A stretch of DNA of 64,000 nucleotides from the NCBI GenBank assembly GCA_052327205.1, contig CM126224.1, forward strand, positions 30,814,001 to 30,878,000. Reading direction: 5' to 3'. Below the pieces are notes generated by a model. The model was not told the DNA's origin and did not search any database. It worked only from the letters and a program-made list of their open reading frames with translations. Positions 12,001 through 27,000 of the stretch are shown here, piece by piece (within the stretch, counting starts at the first letter, position 1; every line of letters starts with the position of its first letter). The DNA is from Somniosus microcephalus. Taxonomy: Eukaryota. The translations under genes and the position numbers were made by a program.

Positions 12001-15000
12001 GAGGAAATGGATTCCACACTGTTTCACCTAGATAATAGTGTAAGATACCCTATTCTTAAAATTTGGTTTAATCTCATATGATTAAGGTTCTTGCTTTCTT
12101 TTCACTTATAAATAGCTAGTAGGCATGTACTGTAGCTAGAAATAATAAAATGGTTAAGTTGCTCATTCCCAGAATTCTTCAGGGTATGGATGAAATTTAG
12201 CAAGAAAAAGCTTTGTCAGCAAGGATAGGTCTTTTGTTAGCAAGGAATGCTGAATAAAGGGTCAGTGGTCTCCCAGATAAGAGCATAGCCTATATTACAA
12301 ACAAACAAGACAATGACCAACAGATTGTTAGGAAACTGAAAAACAACTCCTTTTAAGGGAAGGCTTGCATGACTAGAGCTCTATAAAGATTTTAAACTTT
12401 CCATTACAATTTATGGAGAGAGACAAGAATGAAAGAATCAATGAAGGTTACATTCTCTATCCAGAGTGAAAGCGGATAATATTGTTTATTTCTCTGTATG
12501 ACTATTGCTTAACATACTGAGTGCGTCAAGACTCGGTTGAACTCATAAAATTTATTTGCAACCAAAAATTGGTGTCAAGTCTAAGAACCTTACAATAGCA
12601 AGACAGCAGATAGGGAAGGTATTCATCCAGAGTTTTTAAAAGCTACTCTGAGCAAGAATGGTGTTGGAGAACACCCACAGGAACCATCGACTTTCCTTGG
12701 GGCTACCATTCTGCAATTGGTGAATAGGACATACATATTCTTGGGTGTTCCAGAGATCAATTGTCCTTTTTATCCATGAGTAAAACTTAAATAAGCCCAA
12801 AAACTACAGAATAATCTCTCTGATATCAATGGTTCTTAAGGTGTTTTTTTGGGTTGTTGTGTAGGGGTATCAAATGCTTTGGAGGCCCATGAGGTAATTG
12901 GGGGGGGAAAAAGACTCATTTTTACTCTTGTGAACAACGTGTAGGACAGGTTATGGCTTTGTGCAAGGTCGCAGAGTATTGTAAGATTAAGGGTAAAGAA
13001 ATCCACTCACATTGCCTTCATTGATTTTCATAAAGCTTTCTACCTAGTGCATCATGCCGCCCTCATGAAGAAACTGGAAGATCTAGGAATACATAACGTG
13101 GTGATGGGCTTCCGCACATGTCAGCTAACTAAAAAATTGTAAAGAAAGTTTACTGAAAACCAGAGAAATAAATAACACAGCTCTGCACCTCTAACTGGCG
13201 GAGTTACCAGTTGATGGAGTATAGTGTGTGTCTGTGTTGTGGTGTCTATACATTCATTATGGTAAGTTGTGTTACTGACAGTATTGCTCATGGAGAGTGA
13301 TTAGTATCTGCAACTAGTAACTATACTTCTTGGGAGGGAGGGTAGGTAAATCTCCTTTGTGTTAAGGTGGCGCCAAGACAGCACACCTAACGATGGAAGT
13401 TCGGAACCCTCTCATAGAGTCATACAGCACAGAAGGAGGCCCTTCGGCCCATCGTGTCCGTGCCGGCCATCAAGCCCTGTCTATTCTAATCCCATTTTCC
13501 AGCACTTGAATCACAATAGCATACAAGGCTACGGACCAAGTGCTCATCTAAGTGCTTCTTGAATGTTGAGGGTTCCTGCCTCTACCACCCTTTCAGGCAG
13601 TGAGTTCCAGATTCCAACCACCCACTGGGTGAAAAAGTTTTTCCTCAAATCCCCTCTAAACCTCCTGCCCCTTACCTTGAAACTATGCCCCCTGGTTATT
13701 GACCCCTCTACTAAGGGGAAAAGTTCCTTTCTATCTACCCTATCTATGCCCCTCATAATTTTGTACACCTCAATCAGGGCCCCCCTCAGCCTTCTCTGCT
13801 CTAAGGAAAACAACCCCAGCCTGTCCAGCATCTCTTCATAGTTGAAGCGCTCCAGCCCAGGTAACATCCTGGTGAATCTCCTTTGCACCCTCTCCAATGC
13901 AATCACATCCTCCCTATAGTGTGGCAACCAGAATTGCACACAGTATTCCAGCTGTGGCCTAACTAGCATTTTGTACAGCTCAATCATAACCTCCCTGCTC
14001 TTATATTCTATGCCTCGGCTAATGAAGGCAATTATCCCATATGCCTTTTTAACCACCTTATCTACCTGTCCTGCTGTCTTCAGGGATCTATGTACATGCA
14101 CACCAAGGTCCCTCTGATCCTCTGTCCTTCCTAGGATCCTACCAATGAATGTATTCCCTTGCCTGGTTAGTCCTCCCAAAATGCATCACCTCACACGTTT
14201 CAGGGTTAAATTCCATTTGCCACTGTTCTGCCCATCTAACCACCCCACCTATATTGTCCTGTAGCCTGAGGCTTCCCTCCTCGCTATTTACCACTCCACC
14301 ACTTTTCGTGTTATCTGCGAACTTACTGATCATACCTCCTACATTCATATCTAAATCATTAATGTACACTACAAACATCAAAGGACCCAGCACCGATCCC
14401 TGCGGTACACCACTGGACACAGGCTTCCAGTCACAAAAACAACCTTCGACCATCACCTTCTGCCTCCTGCCACTAAGTCAATTTTGGATCCAATGTGCCA
14501 AGTTGCCCTGGATCCCAAGGGCTCTTACCTTCTTGACCAGTCTCCCATGTGGGACTTTGTCAAATGCCTTACTGAAGTCCATGTAGACTACATCAACTGC
14601 ACTACCCTCATCCACACACCTAGTCACCCCCTCGAAAAATTCAATCAAATTGGTCAGACATGATCTCCCCCTGACAAAGCCATGCTGACTATTCCTGATT
14701 AATCCCTGCCTCCCCAAGTGGAGACTAATTCTGTCCCTCAGAATTTTGTCCAATAATTTCCCTACCACTGATGTTAGCTTCACTGGCCTGTAATTCCCTG
14801 GTTTATCCCTACTACCCTTCTTGAACAATGGTACTACGTTAGCTGTTCTCCAGTCCTCTGGCACCTCCCCTGTGGCCAGAGAGGTTCTGAAAATTTGTGT
14901 CAGAGCCCCTGCAATCTCCTCCCTTGCCTCACACAGCAGCCTGGGATACATCCCGTCAGGGCCTGGGGATTTATCCACTTTTAAGCCTGCTAAAACTGCT

Positions 15001-18000
15001 AGTACCTCCTCCCTCTCAATACTAATTTGTTCAAGTATATCACAACCCCCCTGCCTGATTTCTATGCCTACATCACTCTTCTCCATAGTGAACACAGATG
15101 CAAAATATTCATTTAAAACCTCCCCCACATCTTCCGGCTCTACACACAGATTGCCATTTTGGTCCCTAATGGGCCCTACTCTTTCCCTGGTTATCCTCTT
15201 GCCCTTAATATACTTATAAAACACCTTGGGATTTTCCTTTATTTTGCCCGCCAGTGTTTTTTCATGCACCCTCTTCCCTCTCCTAATTTCTTTTTAAGTA
15301 CCCCCCTGCACTTTCTATACTCCTCTAGTGCTTCCACTGTTTTTAGTCCATTGTATCTGCCAAAAGCCTCCCTTTTTTTCCTAATCCATTCTTGTATATC
15401 CCTTGACATCCAGGGTTCCCTGGGCTTGTTGGTCCCACCCTTGACCTTTACGGGAACATGTTGGCGTTGTACTCTCTCTATTTCCTTTCTGAAAGACTCC
15501 CATTGCTCTGTGCTAGACTAGGTAATGTGTTACCTGAGCTGTGTAGGTCTGCAGTACTCTAGGGCATGGTTGATGATGAACCAGCCAGCCTGGCTCAATA
15601 ATGGAACTTGGAGGAGTAGACCCGTCACTGGGGGTTGATATTGTTCCCTTTCTGCACCAGCTAATCTTGCCAGCAAATACTCTAACATGCAAGGTAGTCC
15701 TGGCTGGAAAAGCAGTGGGAATATGTATGGATTTAATTATTTATATTCCAGCAATATCTACTGCCCACTTGGGGGTCCTTAAGCCTTGGCTCTGCCAACA
15801 TGCATTTATGCTTTATGGACTTAAGCAAGTAGGGTATGTACTTACAGATAGAGATTCCATAATGGACAAACAAAAACTGTAGGATTTCTCAGTAGCTTGG
15901 TTTAAACACATGCCATCAATTTGGCTAACAAAGGAAAATGTTAACAAAAAGGCATGGAAAAGAAGTTTACCAAAATCCAAAAAAATATATAATGCAGCTC
16001 CCAGTCTATGTTTACCCCTCAGAAGACTGCTGTAGAACTTTTGTAATCCTCAACACTATTGCTGCTCTCAGCGCTCCCATTTCTACCATCACTAGCCCAA
16101 TCCCCACTACTTCCATTTTCCAGTTATCTCAGAGAATTCCACATTAGACTGCTGGATATTGTCCATCGACAAACATTTTGTTTTTGGCAGCGTGTCTATG
16201 ATAGAATGCACATTTGAAAGCTGAGAAGCACACGCAGTCCTCAAACGTTAAATAATAAAATGGACTGAACAGTTCTGGGAAAAATTATTACATCACTCTC
16301 CACCAACGATGAATGACCTCTAAATTTAGAAGACAAGATGACCAAGTGAAGGGAATTTTCCTGCAGCCTACACTCAAATATATACAAACATAACTTTCCA
16401 AATAAATGGGGTGTCTGCCTGCTTTAATCAAGCAGCAAAACGTCTCTCTGTCAAAGAGTACCATTACCACCTATTGCTCTTGATCTGTGTGTTAACACAC
16501 CAGAAATGATCTTGAAAGGAATTTGTAAACCAAATTTTTAAATCTCTTAATTGAAGTAACAAAACAATATTTTATTATTACTGCCTCCTTTTCTCATTTC
16601 AGATTTACTGAATTTTATCAGATTAAAAAAAAGAAAGAAATTAATTACAACATTAATCGGGCATATAATGAACACCATAATGCCACACTGAACATTTATT
16701 ATATGTGAGTGTTTATTCAATGTGGAGTTGACTGTATATTTAAATTGTTGTCTAATTTTTTGCCTAAATAAGATAGGTCAGGCAGGAACACAACAATTTA
16801 CAATGCAGCTCCTAAGAAGTTCCTAATTCCTCAGTTGGATCCTACCAACTCCTTTATTGGGACTTCCCATTTGGTGCAGGAAACACATTGGAGAGAATGA
16901 GGAGCAAGAACAGAGTGTGGAAGTGGAGGTAAAACTTTGGACTCAGCAAAACCTCAAACTTCTGACAACATCAGCCGGTTCTTTCATTGGCCGGTGACTG
17001 AGGTCATCTCTGACAGTACATTCCCTTTATCAAAGCTCAGACATTACAACTCTGGCTACACTTCAAAAGTACTTCATTGGCTGTAAAGCACATTGGGACG
17101 TCCTGAGGTCATGAAAGGCGCTATATACATGCACGTTCTTTCTTTCTTTGAGGAAAGATGCCAATTTTCCAATGTCTGAGGGGGAAAGTAGAAGGCTATG
17201 ACAACAGATCTGTGAAGGGGGCTGTTCAGTAACAGGCTTGTGTGTCAATGAGAGCAGCATGGATGCATGGAAATGTCACAGCTGCTCTTAGCAGAGGCTC
17301 CTGTCATTTAGTAATTGCTCTGGGATTTCATGTGTTCCTTTCAAGGAAGTATATTAAAAAAATAATTGTAAAGATATAATTTTTCATTATTTGCGAGTAC
17401 TATTACCATAGAATTGCATTAGATTTAATTTGGGACAGTTCAATCTGTTTCTTGTTGTGGGAATTCATTAAAAACAGTTAAACTTAAGTGGGGAATATAG
17501 AATATAAAGATTGGAATAGACCATTGCAGTCCATCTGGCCAGTACCAGTATCCCAGGGGACTACTTTGTATAAAAAACGCAGCACATATTGTCAATTAAA
17601 CTCATCAGTATATATAGACATAGCAAGGATCAGCGTCCATCTATAATGCCTCCATTATTTTTCCCCAATTGTAATTATGCTCAAGTATATTATCTTCATT
17701 AAAAGTATTGGTTCCAAGGAGTGCAACTAGATTCCTATCCTTGGCTTAAAAGAGTGCCTTTTAGAAGGAGATCACATGCAGAGAAGTCTGGGTGGGATCA
17801 GGTTGCAAGATGAATGTGTCTGTGGGTTTAAACCCTGGCCAATATGTCTCTATTGCCATGACGCCCGAGAAATATTTGGCAAACTATAGCTGTTTCTTGG
17901 CCTGGTTAAACAGTATATGCTTATATTTGTGAACACAAGCCTCTTTTCTATTTACAGTTTTGCCTTGATTTTTCTCCATTTTCTTCTCTCAAGGGCTCTT

Positions 18001-21000
18001 GCCTCTGGTCAAACTCTATCCATTGGGAGGGCAGACACTGTGGACTCTTACGTGACTCTAACACTAACAGTACTCCATGCTAAAGTGCCAAGAGAAATGC
18101 ATGAGAGAGGGGCAGAACTGAGATGCACTGTTAGTTTTCCCTCTCTTGAGATGTCCTGAACATAAGCCTTTTTTTGATATACACAGGATCCTGCACACTA
18201 AACCATGAAATATACCTCCTCAATGGTTCAATGAGTAAATGCACCTTGTGGTGCGTTACTGAACCATATGAACAAGGAAGGCTTCAGATTCGATCCCTGT
18301 GTGAGTTAGCTGATCTAAGCTGGAAAAAGGTTGGGCTCTGGAAACAGCCTCAATGCCTCTAGACCAGGGAGGGAAACAATTAGCGAGGGGGTGCCCAATC
18401 CTGATGGCTGCTCCTTTACCACTGTTGGAAAGAGCACATATCATATTAGGTGACGAGATGACTGGGCTGTGTTGTGATCCACAATCATTTACTCTGCAGA
18501 CACACTGTGCAGGCTTACGCATGGATGAGGCACTGGAGATATCTCACCACCCATGGAGTGTAACAACCTGAGCCATTATATTTCAGGATTTCTCCCCACC
18601 ACTCAGTTTTCTCCCCCTTCTTTTCACTGAAGGCAACTGAGAGGCAGGGGGGAATCATGAAATACAGTTTAGAAAAATAAACATGGATGGTGTCACAAAT
18701 AATGGAAGAAAAAGCTATGAGCCAATTGTTACATTTCCCACAATTATATCCTATTAAAGAAATATTTCACATATGATTGATTCTTTAAGGGTTCCATTAG
18801 CAATTTTGTTTGAAATTAGATATTGGTCAATATATCTAAGATTTATAGCATGGAGGGAATATATATAATTATATAGATAGCTAGATAGGTGAGTGTTGTG
18901 CTCATCAAGTTGAAGGTTGTCATTTGTGAGGAAAGGACACACTTTTCAACCAGTGTCAGCATCAAGTACTGCCAAGTTATGTAGGATATAGATCTATATC
19001 TAGATCAAGATGCTGCGTAAAGTTTGTTCTGCAGAACACAACAATGCACCTCATATTGAACCTCAGAAGAACACTGCATACTACATCAGTAACCATCTAA
19101 ATGAGTTATTGGATGGAGACAGACAATTATTTACCAAATAGTTCCACAGTATGGAAGGTTTAGTGCTGTGGATTCATGTCCACTAGGAATTGGGTTAAAT
19201 TGTTTAACCTCATTTCAAATAGAACCCTCGGAGAAAAGAGAGCAAGAGAAAAATCGGGAGAAAAGATTTATTCAATCAATCTACATTGATTTTGCACCCA
19301 GGCTCCTGAGGGGAAAGGGCAGGACAGAACTGTCGACAGGAACTTTTCTCAACCTGGAAGGGTCAAGATAGTAATGAGAAATGCTAAGCCAATGTGCCAC
19401 TCAGTCTGAAGTGAGCTCTGATTTTAATAACCTGCATGCATAGATTGGAATCCTTAGGAAACTATGCTCTAATCCATCAAATATCACAAATATCTTCCAG
19501 AAAAAGATCACTATTCTTTTGTTTTACTTAACTTATGCAAAGTTCTGGGACATAGAGTTCTGCTTATTATTATTCTGAAGAATGACCTGTACTGATCTCT
19601 GAATTTTAAAAAAGCCACAGAATTTATAGTGACAGTTTCAAAGTGTAATGCTTGGTCTTAACTGTGCCATCAAGGGGGAATACAAAGCAGAGAACGAGTG
19701 CTTCCCCATTGGGATGGAGGGGAAAAAAATCTTAGCCAGTCACACAAAGCCACTTCTGCACATGTTCTAGGAGCTGGTACCTGAGTCAACTCATTGGGGA
19801 CCTGGAAGCAGATCACTGTTTACCGCTTAGGTTGGGAATGATACGCGGAGCAGTGAAAACATGAGAAAGAGAGGGGCAAGAAAATCCAGATGAGTAATAA
19901 AAACACAATGTATTTGTGCTAAGTGAATCAAATGCATATTATAGCCATATTCCATGAATAGCCATTCTGTTATGTTTGGTTTCAGTCATTGAAAACAGAT
20001 TAGTTCTTCCTGAAACTCTTTGTCGCAAAAACATTTGTTTCACAAATGTGCCACCATCTGCCGTGTGCTTCACATTGTGTTACTGCAACTGAAAGGGAGA
20101 CCAGAGCAAGCCTAGTCTTTGGATCTCTCTTGCATTGTTTGATTCAGTGCCCTACAGATCTTTTTCCTTTTGCTGTTTAGGAGGCAGAATAAAATGACCT
20201 TCTGATGCACACTGCAGGTAAGGAGGATTAGAACTTAGCCAGCGAATGATTATTTGGTACCGAATTATAATAATCACAAAACGGTACAAGATGCAGAAAA
20301 ATTATCATCACTGGCGCACGTCAATGTCAAAAGTCTGAAATCATTGCAACAAGCAAGTGCTGGGGGAAATCAGAGAGGAAGCACTGACCTCGGGAAGGAA
20401 GTGATGAATTTAAGAAGCAAAGCAGTGATGTGGAGACAGGACTAGATTTACGGGAATACACCGGAAGATACCAGAATCTGATTCAATTAGGTTTGTCTAT
20501 TTTGCCATTTGGAAGCTGGGTGCAGAAAGCCTGAATTGAATGGATCGGGGATAAGCTCGTGAACGGTGCAAGCACTATTTAGCCTGCAGAGATTGTCCAT
20601 GAAATTGGATAAAGCAGGCCCCACATTCAGATCTATAATATAAATGAAAAAATTGTACACTGCTCCAGTTTAGGTGCAACTTCACATCCCCAGCTAATCT
20701 GGAGCACACAAACCGGGGTAGATTTTTCACACAGAGGGTAGTGGAAATCTGGAACTCTTTCTTCCAAAAAGCTGTTGAGGCTGGGGGTCAATTGGAAATT
20801 TTAAAATAGAGATCGATAGATTTTTGCTAGGCAAGGGTATTAAGGGATATGGAGCCAAGGTAGATGGAGTTAAGATACAAATTAGCCATGATCTCACTGA
20901 ATGGTGGAACAGGCTCGAGGGGCTGAATTGGCCTACTCCTGTTCCTAGGTTTTAACTATCAGGCGGTTGACTGGCGGAATGCGCTGGCCAGGCGCTCAAT

Positions 21001-24000
21001 GGTGCCAGCGGGAGGCTCGATCCACTTCCAGGGCCAGACCTCATTAACATATATGTGGTGGGCCGCGGGCTGCGAGCTGGCGCAATATCGGGCAGCCCAG
21101 AGGCCGACACAGCCGGGAATAAGGTAGGACAGGGGGACAGTTGTGATCATGGAGGGGGTGCGGGGGTTGGGGGGGGTGGTGGCAACCTGGGCAGGAGCAG
21201 CCCACATTATTCCTGTGGAGTTCGGAGGCGCGCTCCTGCCCCTCAAAACGAATTTTAGCACTAGAATGAAAGGGCCTCTTCTGTGTTTCTGTCAGGTTTT
21301 ACTGAGCAGAGTGTCCTCAGTGAACACTCTGCCCAGTAGGCAATTCAAATGGCATAGGACCTTGATTTGCATCAAGTAATGAGACCCCTGCCTGATTCAG
21401 GCGAATGCCTCGGCCACCCAATGGAAGGGCCCGGGGAACATGACGGCAGAGCAGGAACGGTAAGCCTCCCACCTCCATTTTAACTCTGCTGCCGTCCCGT
21501 TTCCTCCTGGCGGAGGGAATTATCATCAACTTCAATGAGTTTGATATTTTAAACTCTTGAGGGCCGTGGGGAAACCATTTTTTTTCCCATCAAGATATTT
21601 TCAATCATGTTTGGCAAAAACCTGATGCTTAATCTAATAAAACACAACAAGGCGCAAAGTTCAGGACAAGAGAACACATTCTCATGGGGACACTCAAAAG
21701 GAAGTAAACAGTTAACGCATGTTGCTCTGACAATTTGCACAGATAAATCGAGTGCAGGTCATAATGACTTATTTGATACCACCTGATTAAACTGCAGCAT
21801 TAGGCTATTGTAATTGCAAGTGCAAACAAAGGCTACCTCAATGTGATTTCAGATGCCATAACATAATAGACCAATTAACACACTGAGCTTCTATAGAATC
21901 AACAGCGTACATCAACAGTACCAGAATTTGAGGTTTGTACACACAAGTTAAAAAGTTTTCTTTTTCGAAAAGGCACAACACAATATTCAGAACATGCTTG
22001 TGCATGTTTTGCACTATGGGGGAGCTAAGGTTAGGTTAATCAGCTGTAGGACTTTATTGGATACACCCCGTATTCTCTCCATCACCAAGACTACCTACTT
22101 CTACCTCTGTAACATCGCCCGTCTCCGCTCCTGCCTCAGCTCATCCATGCCTTTGTTACCTCTAGACTCGACTATTCCAATGTTCTCCTGGTCAGCCTCT
22201 CACCTTGCACCCTCCGTAAAATGAGCTCATCCAAAACTCTGCTGTCGTATCCTAACTCGCACCAAGTCCCGTTCACCCATCACAGTTGTGCTCGTTGACC
22301 TACATTAGCTCCCAGTCCACCAACGCCTCAATTTTTAAAATCTCGTCCTTATCTTCAAATCCCTCCATGAACTCACCCCCTCCCTAACTCTGTAACCTCC
22401 TCCAGTCCTACAACCCTCTGAGATCTCTGCGTTCCTCCAATTCTGGCTTCTTGCACATCCCCGATTTTCTTCGCTCCACCATTGGCAGCCGTGCCTTCAG
22501 CTGCCTAGGCCCTGAACTCTGGAATTTGCTCCCTAAACCTCTCCACCTCGCTACCTCTCTCTCCTCCTTTAAGATGCTCCTTAAAACCTATCTCATTAAC
22601 TGTCCTAATATCTCCTTATGTGGCTCGGTGTCAAATTTTGTTTGATAAATTGCTCCTGTGAAGCACCTTGGGATGTTTTACTATGTTAAAGACGCTATAT
22701 AAATGCAAGTTGTTGTTTTAACTAACCTGTTAGCCTTAGTTTTTTGATAGGGTGTACAAGGACATTTATCATGTAAGAACAATACATAACCAAACAACAC
22801 AACACTATCACACTAATAGCTTATTGAGAAACTGTTAATGAATAGGCATAAGATGCTACTGGATTGTCACTGGAAGCAAAAGCCTCTGCCTTTTGATGAC
22901 ATTGGCAAAGTTAAGTATTGTCCAGATTATAGCTCTAGAACGGTATAATATTAAAATGTTATTATAACTTTTAAATAAAACAAACAGAAAAAAGATGATT
23001 GTATATTTTGGTTTTCAATGATTTTGTAAGGCTAACATAAATGGACATTGGAGCTCTAACATGAAAGCATTCTTATCTTCAATAAAGTACATTGATCTTG
23101 ACTGATTTCCCAGCAGAGCCATTTGGTTAAAGGCCAGAGTACCAGTGTGCCACTAAAAGTAAACATTGTGATTCCACCCACTACACATTTACATTACTGT
23201 AAGGCCATTTTTCCCCCTGTATAATAAGAAACAATAATAATGAGATAACATTTCAGAATAACGAGGTAACATTAAGAGGCTTGGAGAAATATTTGGAAGG
23301 GTGCCAGCCCTTTCTGATCAAATGCGCCAAGTCGCCCTTTGTGGATTCAACATTCAGTGTGAAACATACCATGTCTGTTTCACCAGATCCAATGTTAATG
23401 TACATCTAATATCATAACTACTGCAATAAATCATCATTTCTTTACTAATAGATTTTGTAAAATAAAAGTCGGTACTTAGAGCTATGAAGTATTATTTCAG
23501 GGTAATTAAGAGCAACTGCAGCCTGAAAAGGTTAACTTGATATACAAAGCACAAAGCAAGTGAATGCAATGATGAACAACTTACTGTTATTTACAAACAA
23601 AATACATCCAAATATCCAGCTAAAGGGGATTGTTACCACACTGTCCTTTCACCTCTGGAGCCTGAGTTTGAATTGCATAGGAACAGGAGTAGGCCATTCA
23701 GCCACCTCGAGCTTGTTCAATTAGATCATGGCTGATCTGTATCTTAATTTCATTTACCCATCTTGGCTACATCGCCCTTAATACTCTTACCTAAGAAAAA
23801 TCTGTCAATCTCAGTTTTTTAATTTTCAATTGACCCAGCCTCAACTGCTTTTTGGGGAAGAGAGTGTTCCAGATTTCCACTACCATTTGTGTGAAGACAT
23901 GCTTCCTGACATTACCCCTGAATGGCCCAGCTCTAATGTTAAGGTTATGCCCCCTTGTTCTGGACTGCCCCACCAGAGGAAATAGTTCCTCTCTACTTAC

Positions 24001-27000
24001 CCTCTTGACCCCACACTGAAGTCCAATCTCTTTGCCAGAGGCAAGTGTCCTATGTGAAATATGTTTTGGCAACCTCAGTTACTACTGATTGTAAATCCTC
24101 AGAATAATGATGTCCATAATTCAGACAAATTACTAATCTCAATTCAGCAAGTCACAGGAATGACAGGTGTAGGAAATGGACATTGCAAGCTGAGCGTTTT
24201 GCTGCAGGTCAAAAAATGTTCCATTCCCTAACACTGACATAAAAAATTAATCAAAGTGAAAATCAAATAAGAAGAAATCCATAATGTTGTTACACTAGCA
24301 AAGTAAAGTGGATAAGTGCCTCTTGACCATGCAGTTTTATAACCCAACGCGTCCTGTGAAGCCTCAGTAAGTTGTGTTTAATGCATTTCCCACTCAGATT
24401 ATTAGGTGGCGTGCCACATGGGCACAAAGCAGTCAACTGTCGGAGGAAAACAAACAGCAATGACTCATTTCCACATGAATCATGTGCCCTACTGCCCAGT
24501 CATGAATTGGCATTGATGGTGGATGCGTCATCATTGTTAACACCAGGGAGGATGTGTGGTGGTACGTGGGCTACAAGGGGCAAAGTTTAGGGGCAAAAAT
24601 AAGTTTAAGAACAGTAAGCGATTAGGCAATGGGCAAAGAGGATGTAAAGACGCGATCAATATTGACTTCTTGGTGAGACCTATTGTATTATAATCATTTT
24701 TATCAAATATACATTCAGCTCCAGATAAACTTAACTCCTGATTGAAGCACAGAATTTCTAATGTACCAAACCACCTTCCAATCATTCCTATCATGTATAA
24801 GTTCCGGTTCAAGGTATAGCACAGAATACACTCAGCACAACACGAAACTCTTGAGCCAGACATTAAATGCTACCCAGTTACCAGCACAATAATTACAGCC
24901 AGACACTACCAAGTATCACCGAGAGGCCGCAGCACATTCCAGAAGCCAAATCCCTCTTTCATTTCAAGTGTTTTATATTATTTTGTTTAGATTGATTTGC
25001 TGAATGAATAATTAAGTGAATGCAGTACAGCGATTCGCAAATTGAACATTTTATCTGCACTTCAAAAAAACTTTTTCTTTTAAAAGATCAAAGGAATCTC
25101 AATCCAACTATGACATTTCTTGGCTACATATTTAGTAGGATTTGTCTTTATAAAGCAAATCGTATTTGTGTCACCTTTCTTTGCTGTTTCGAGGACACAT
25201 GCATGCAGAAGTACGTAAATCCAATGGATTAACAATCTCGCTACAATTACCATTCTCCGCTGCTTGCTTGAGGTTTTCCAGCATGGTGTCGTAGTGGATC
25301 CTACAGAGCACTTTTTCTTCGACCAGCCCAAACTCCTCCCCTGTGGAGAGCTGCCTCTTACAGGAGAAACAAGCAAAGCATGCCAGGTGGTAGGCATTAC
25401 CCCGTGCTCTCCGTACCCAGTCACTGGCATAGATCTGCCTACCACAGCGGGCGCACTTAGTGCCAAACCGGCTGGAAAAAAAAAGGAAACAATACATCAG
25501 AAATGCAATTAGGTCTCAGCTGTACAGCTGAAGTCATGTATCATAAAATGTCAGGAAATGAAGCTTTAATCATGGGTGGTCTAAAATATTGCGAGTTTTT
25601 GAGCATGACATATAATGAAAAAGTAATCAAAGAAATCTGGTACCACATGCCCCCTACAATGCCCCTAACATTAATTCCTACCATTAGAAACAGCTGAAGG
25701 CATACCTGCTTTAGTGAATTTAGTAATCATCATATGACTCTTAAACTAGGGGCCTGATCAGGGTTTCAGAAAAGGGCAGCTCTCGTCTCTGGATAAGAGA
25801 TTGGACCAGGGGTGTGCTTCACCCCCAGAAAAGATTCAGACACACTTTGAAAAGTTACTTTCCTGCAACTTAGAATGATATTTTCCTAGAAAAGGCAGGT
25901 TCCCTCTTTCCCACTTACACATTATAATCAGGCACATCAAGCGTTACTCATTTGGAGTGCGACTCACTCATCTGATTTTTAAAAAGTGACATATTTTAAT
26001 GTACCTAATTTTTAAAAACTGTTCCATATGTTCAAGTAGGTTTGTGATCCGTTTCTCTTTTTGATCATGAATCTCACTCAGGACTTTTTCCCCCAAAAGT
26101 TGACGGCTCTGGTTATTGTATTGCAACATTGGATTTTTTTTGTCCTATTTGTGAACAACAGTCCTGTGTTTACTGCAACTCCACAATCTCAGTTACTGCA
26201 CAGTATTGAGATTCAGAAGCAAGGCCGCAGTGTGGGAGGAGGAGCCAAGGAAAGCGAAGGCTAGACTGTGCAATAAGGTGTTTATAACACAACCTGCAGA
26301 GGTTATTTTTCATGGATTTGTGTTTATTTGTGTGAGAAATGCCATGACGGTATTAATCATCTCTTACAGGCATGAGAGCCAGTAACTGCTCTGTCCTTAC
26401 AATCCAACTCTTAACTCTTTCAGTGCTGAATCCCAGAACATACAAATGGCTATATTTACATTGCTAGCTAAACAGTTTGAGTTACTTGAGTAGATAACTT
26501 GTGGGATTTATAATATTAATTTAATTTTAGAAATTGAAGTCTCAATCTAAGGTCAACACTGGATTCCAATTTTCAGGTTCTCTCTTTCATTCTTTCTTCC
26601 TCTCCAATTCCCCAGCCGTAATCTGGGGATCATAGATAGCACACGTGCAATTGATTGAAAAATATTATATCAAACAAAGTTATTAAATTTTAGTGCATGA
26701 TAGATTTTTCAAAGGCTCGAATCTTTGTAGCTATTAACATTAGTTTTATAGCATTTAAATCTTATAGTCAACTTTTATTACATATTAGTACATCAATAGA
26801 TGACTCCATTGCACAAATGTATTAATTTTTTGAGGGGGCCTGCTTCAAGACTTAATTTTCAGAAGACTGGCAGAGGGAGCAGGCTCAGGACTGAGGATGT
26901 GAAATCAAGGATGAGGGCCATGGGTAAATGAGATCAGGGCCCACAGGATACGAGATGTGGGCCAAGAAAAGCAAAAATGGACCAGCCTAGAGCTGCCAAG

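Noticed and set aside
13544-15269. Active LINE or functional reverse transcriptase
   Set aside because: 5'-truncated, split over three ORFs by frameshifts, and the catalytic FADD is mutated to FADN.
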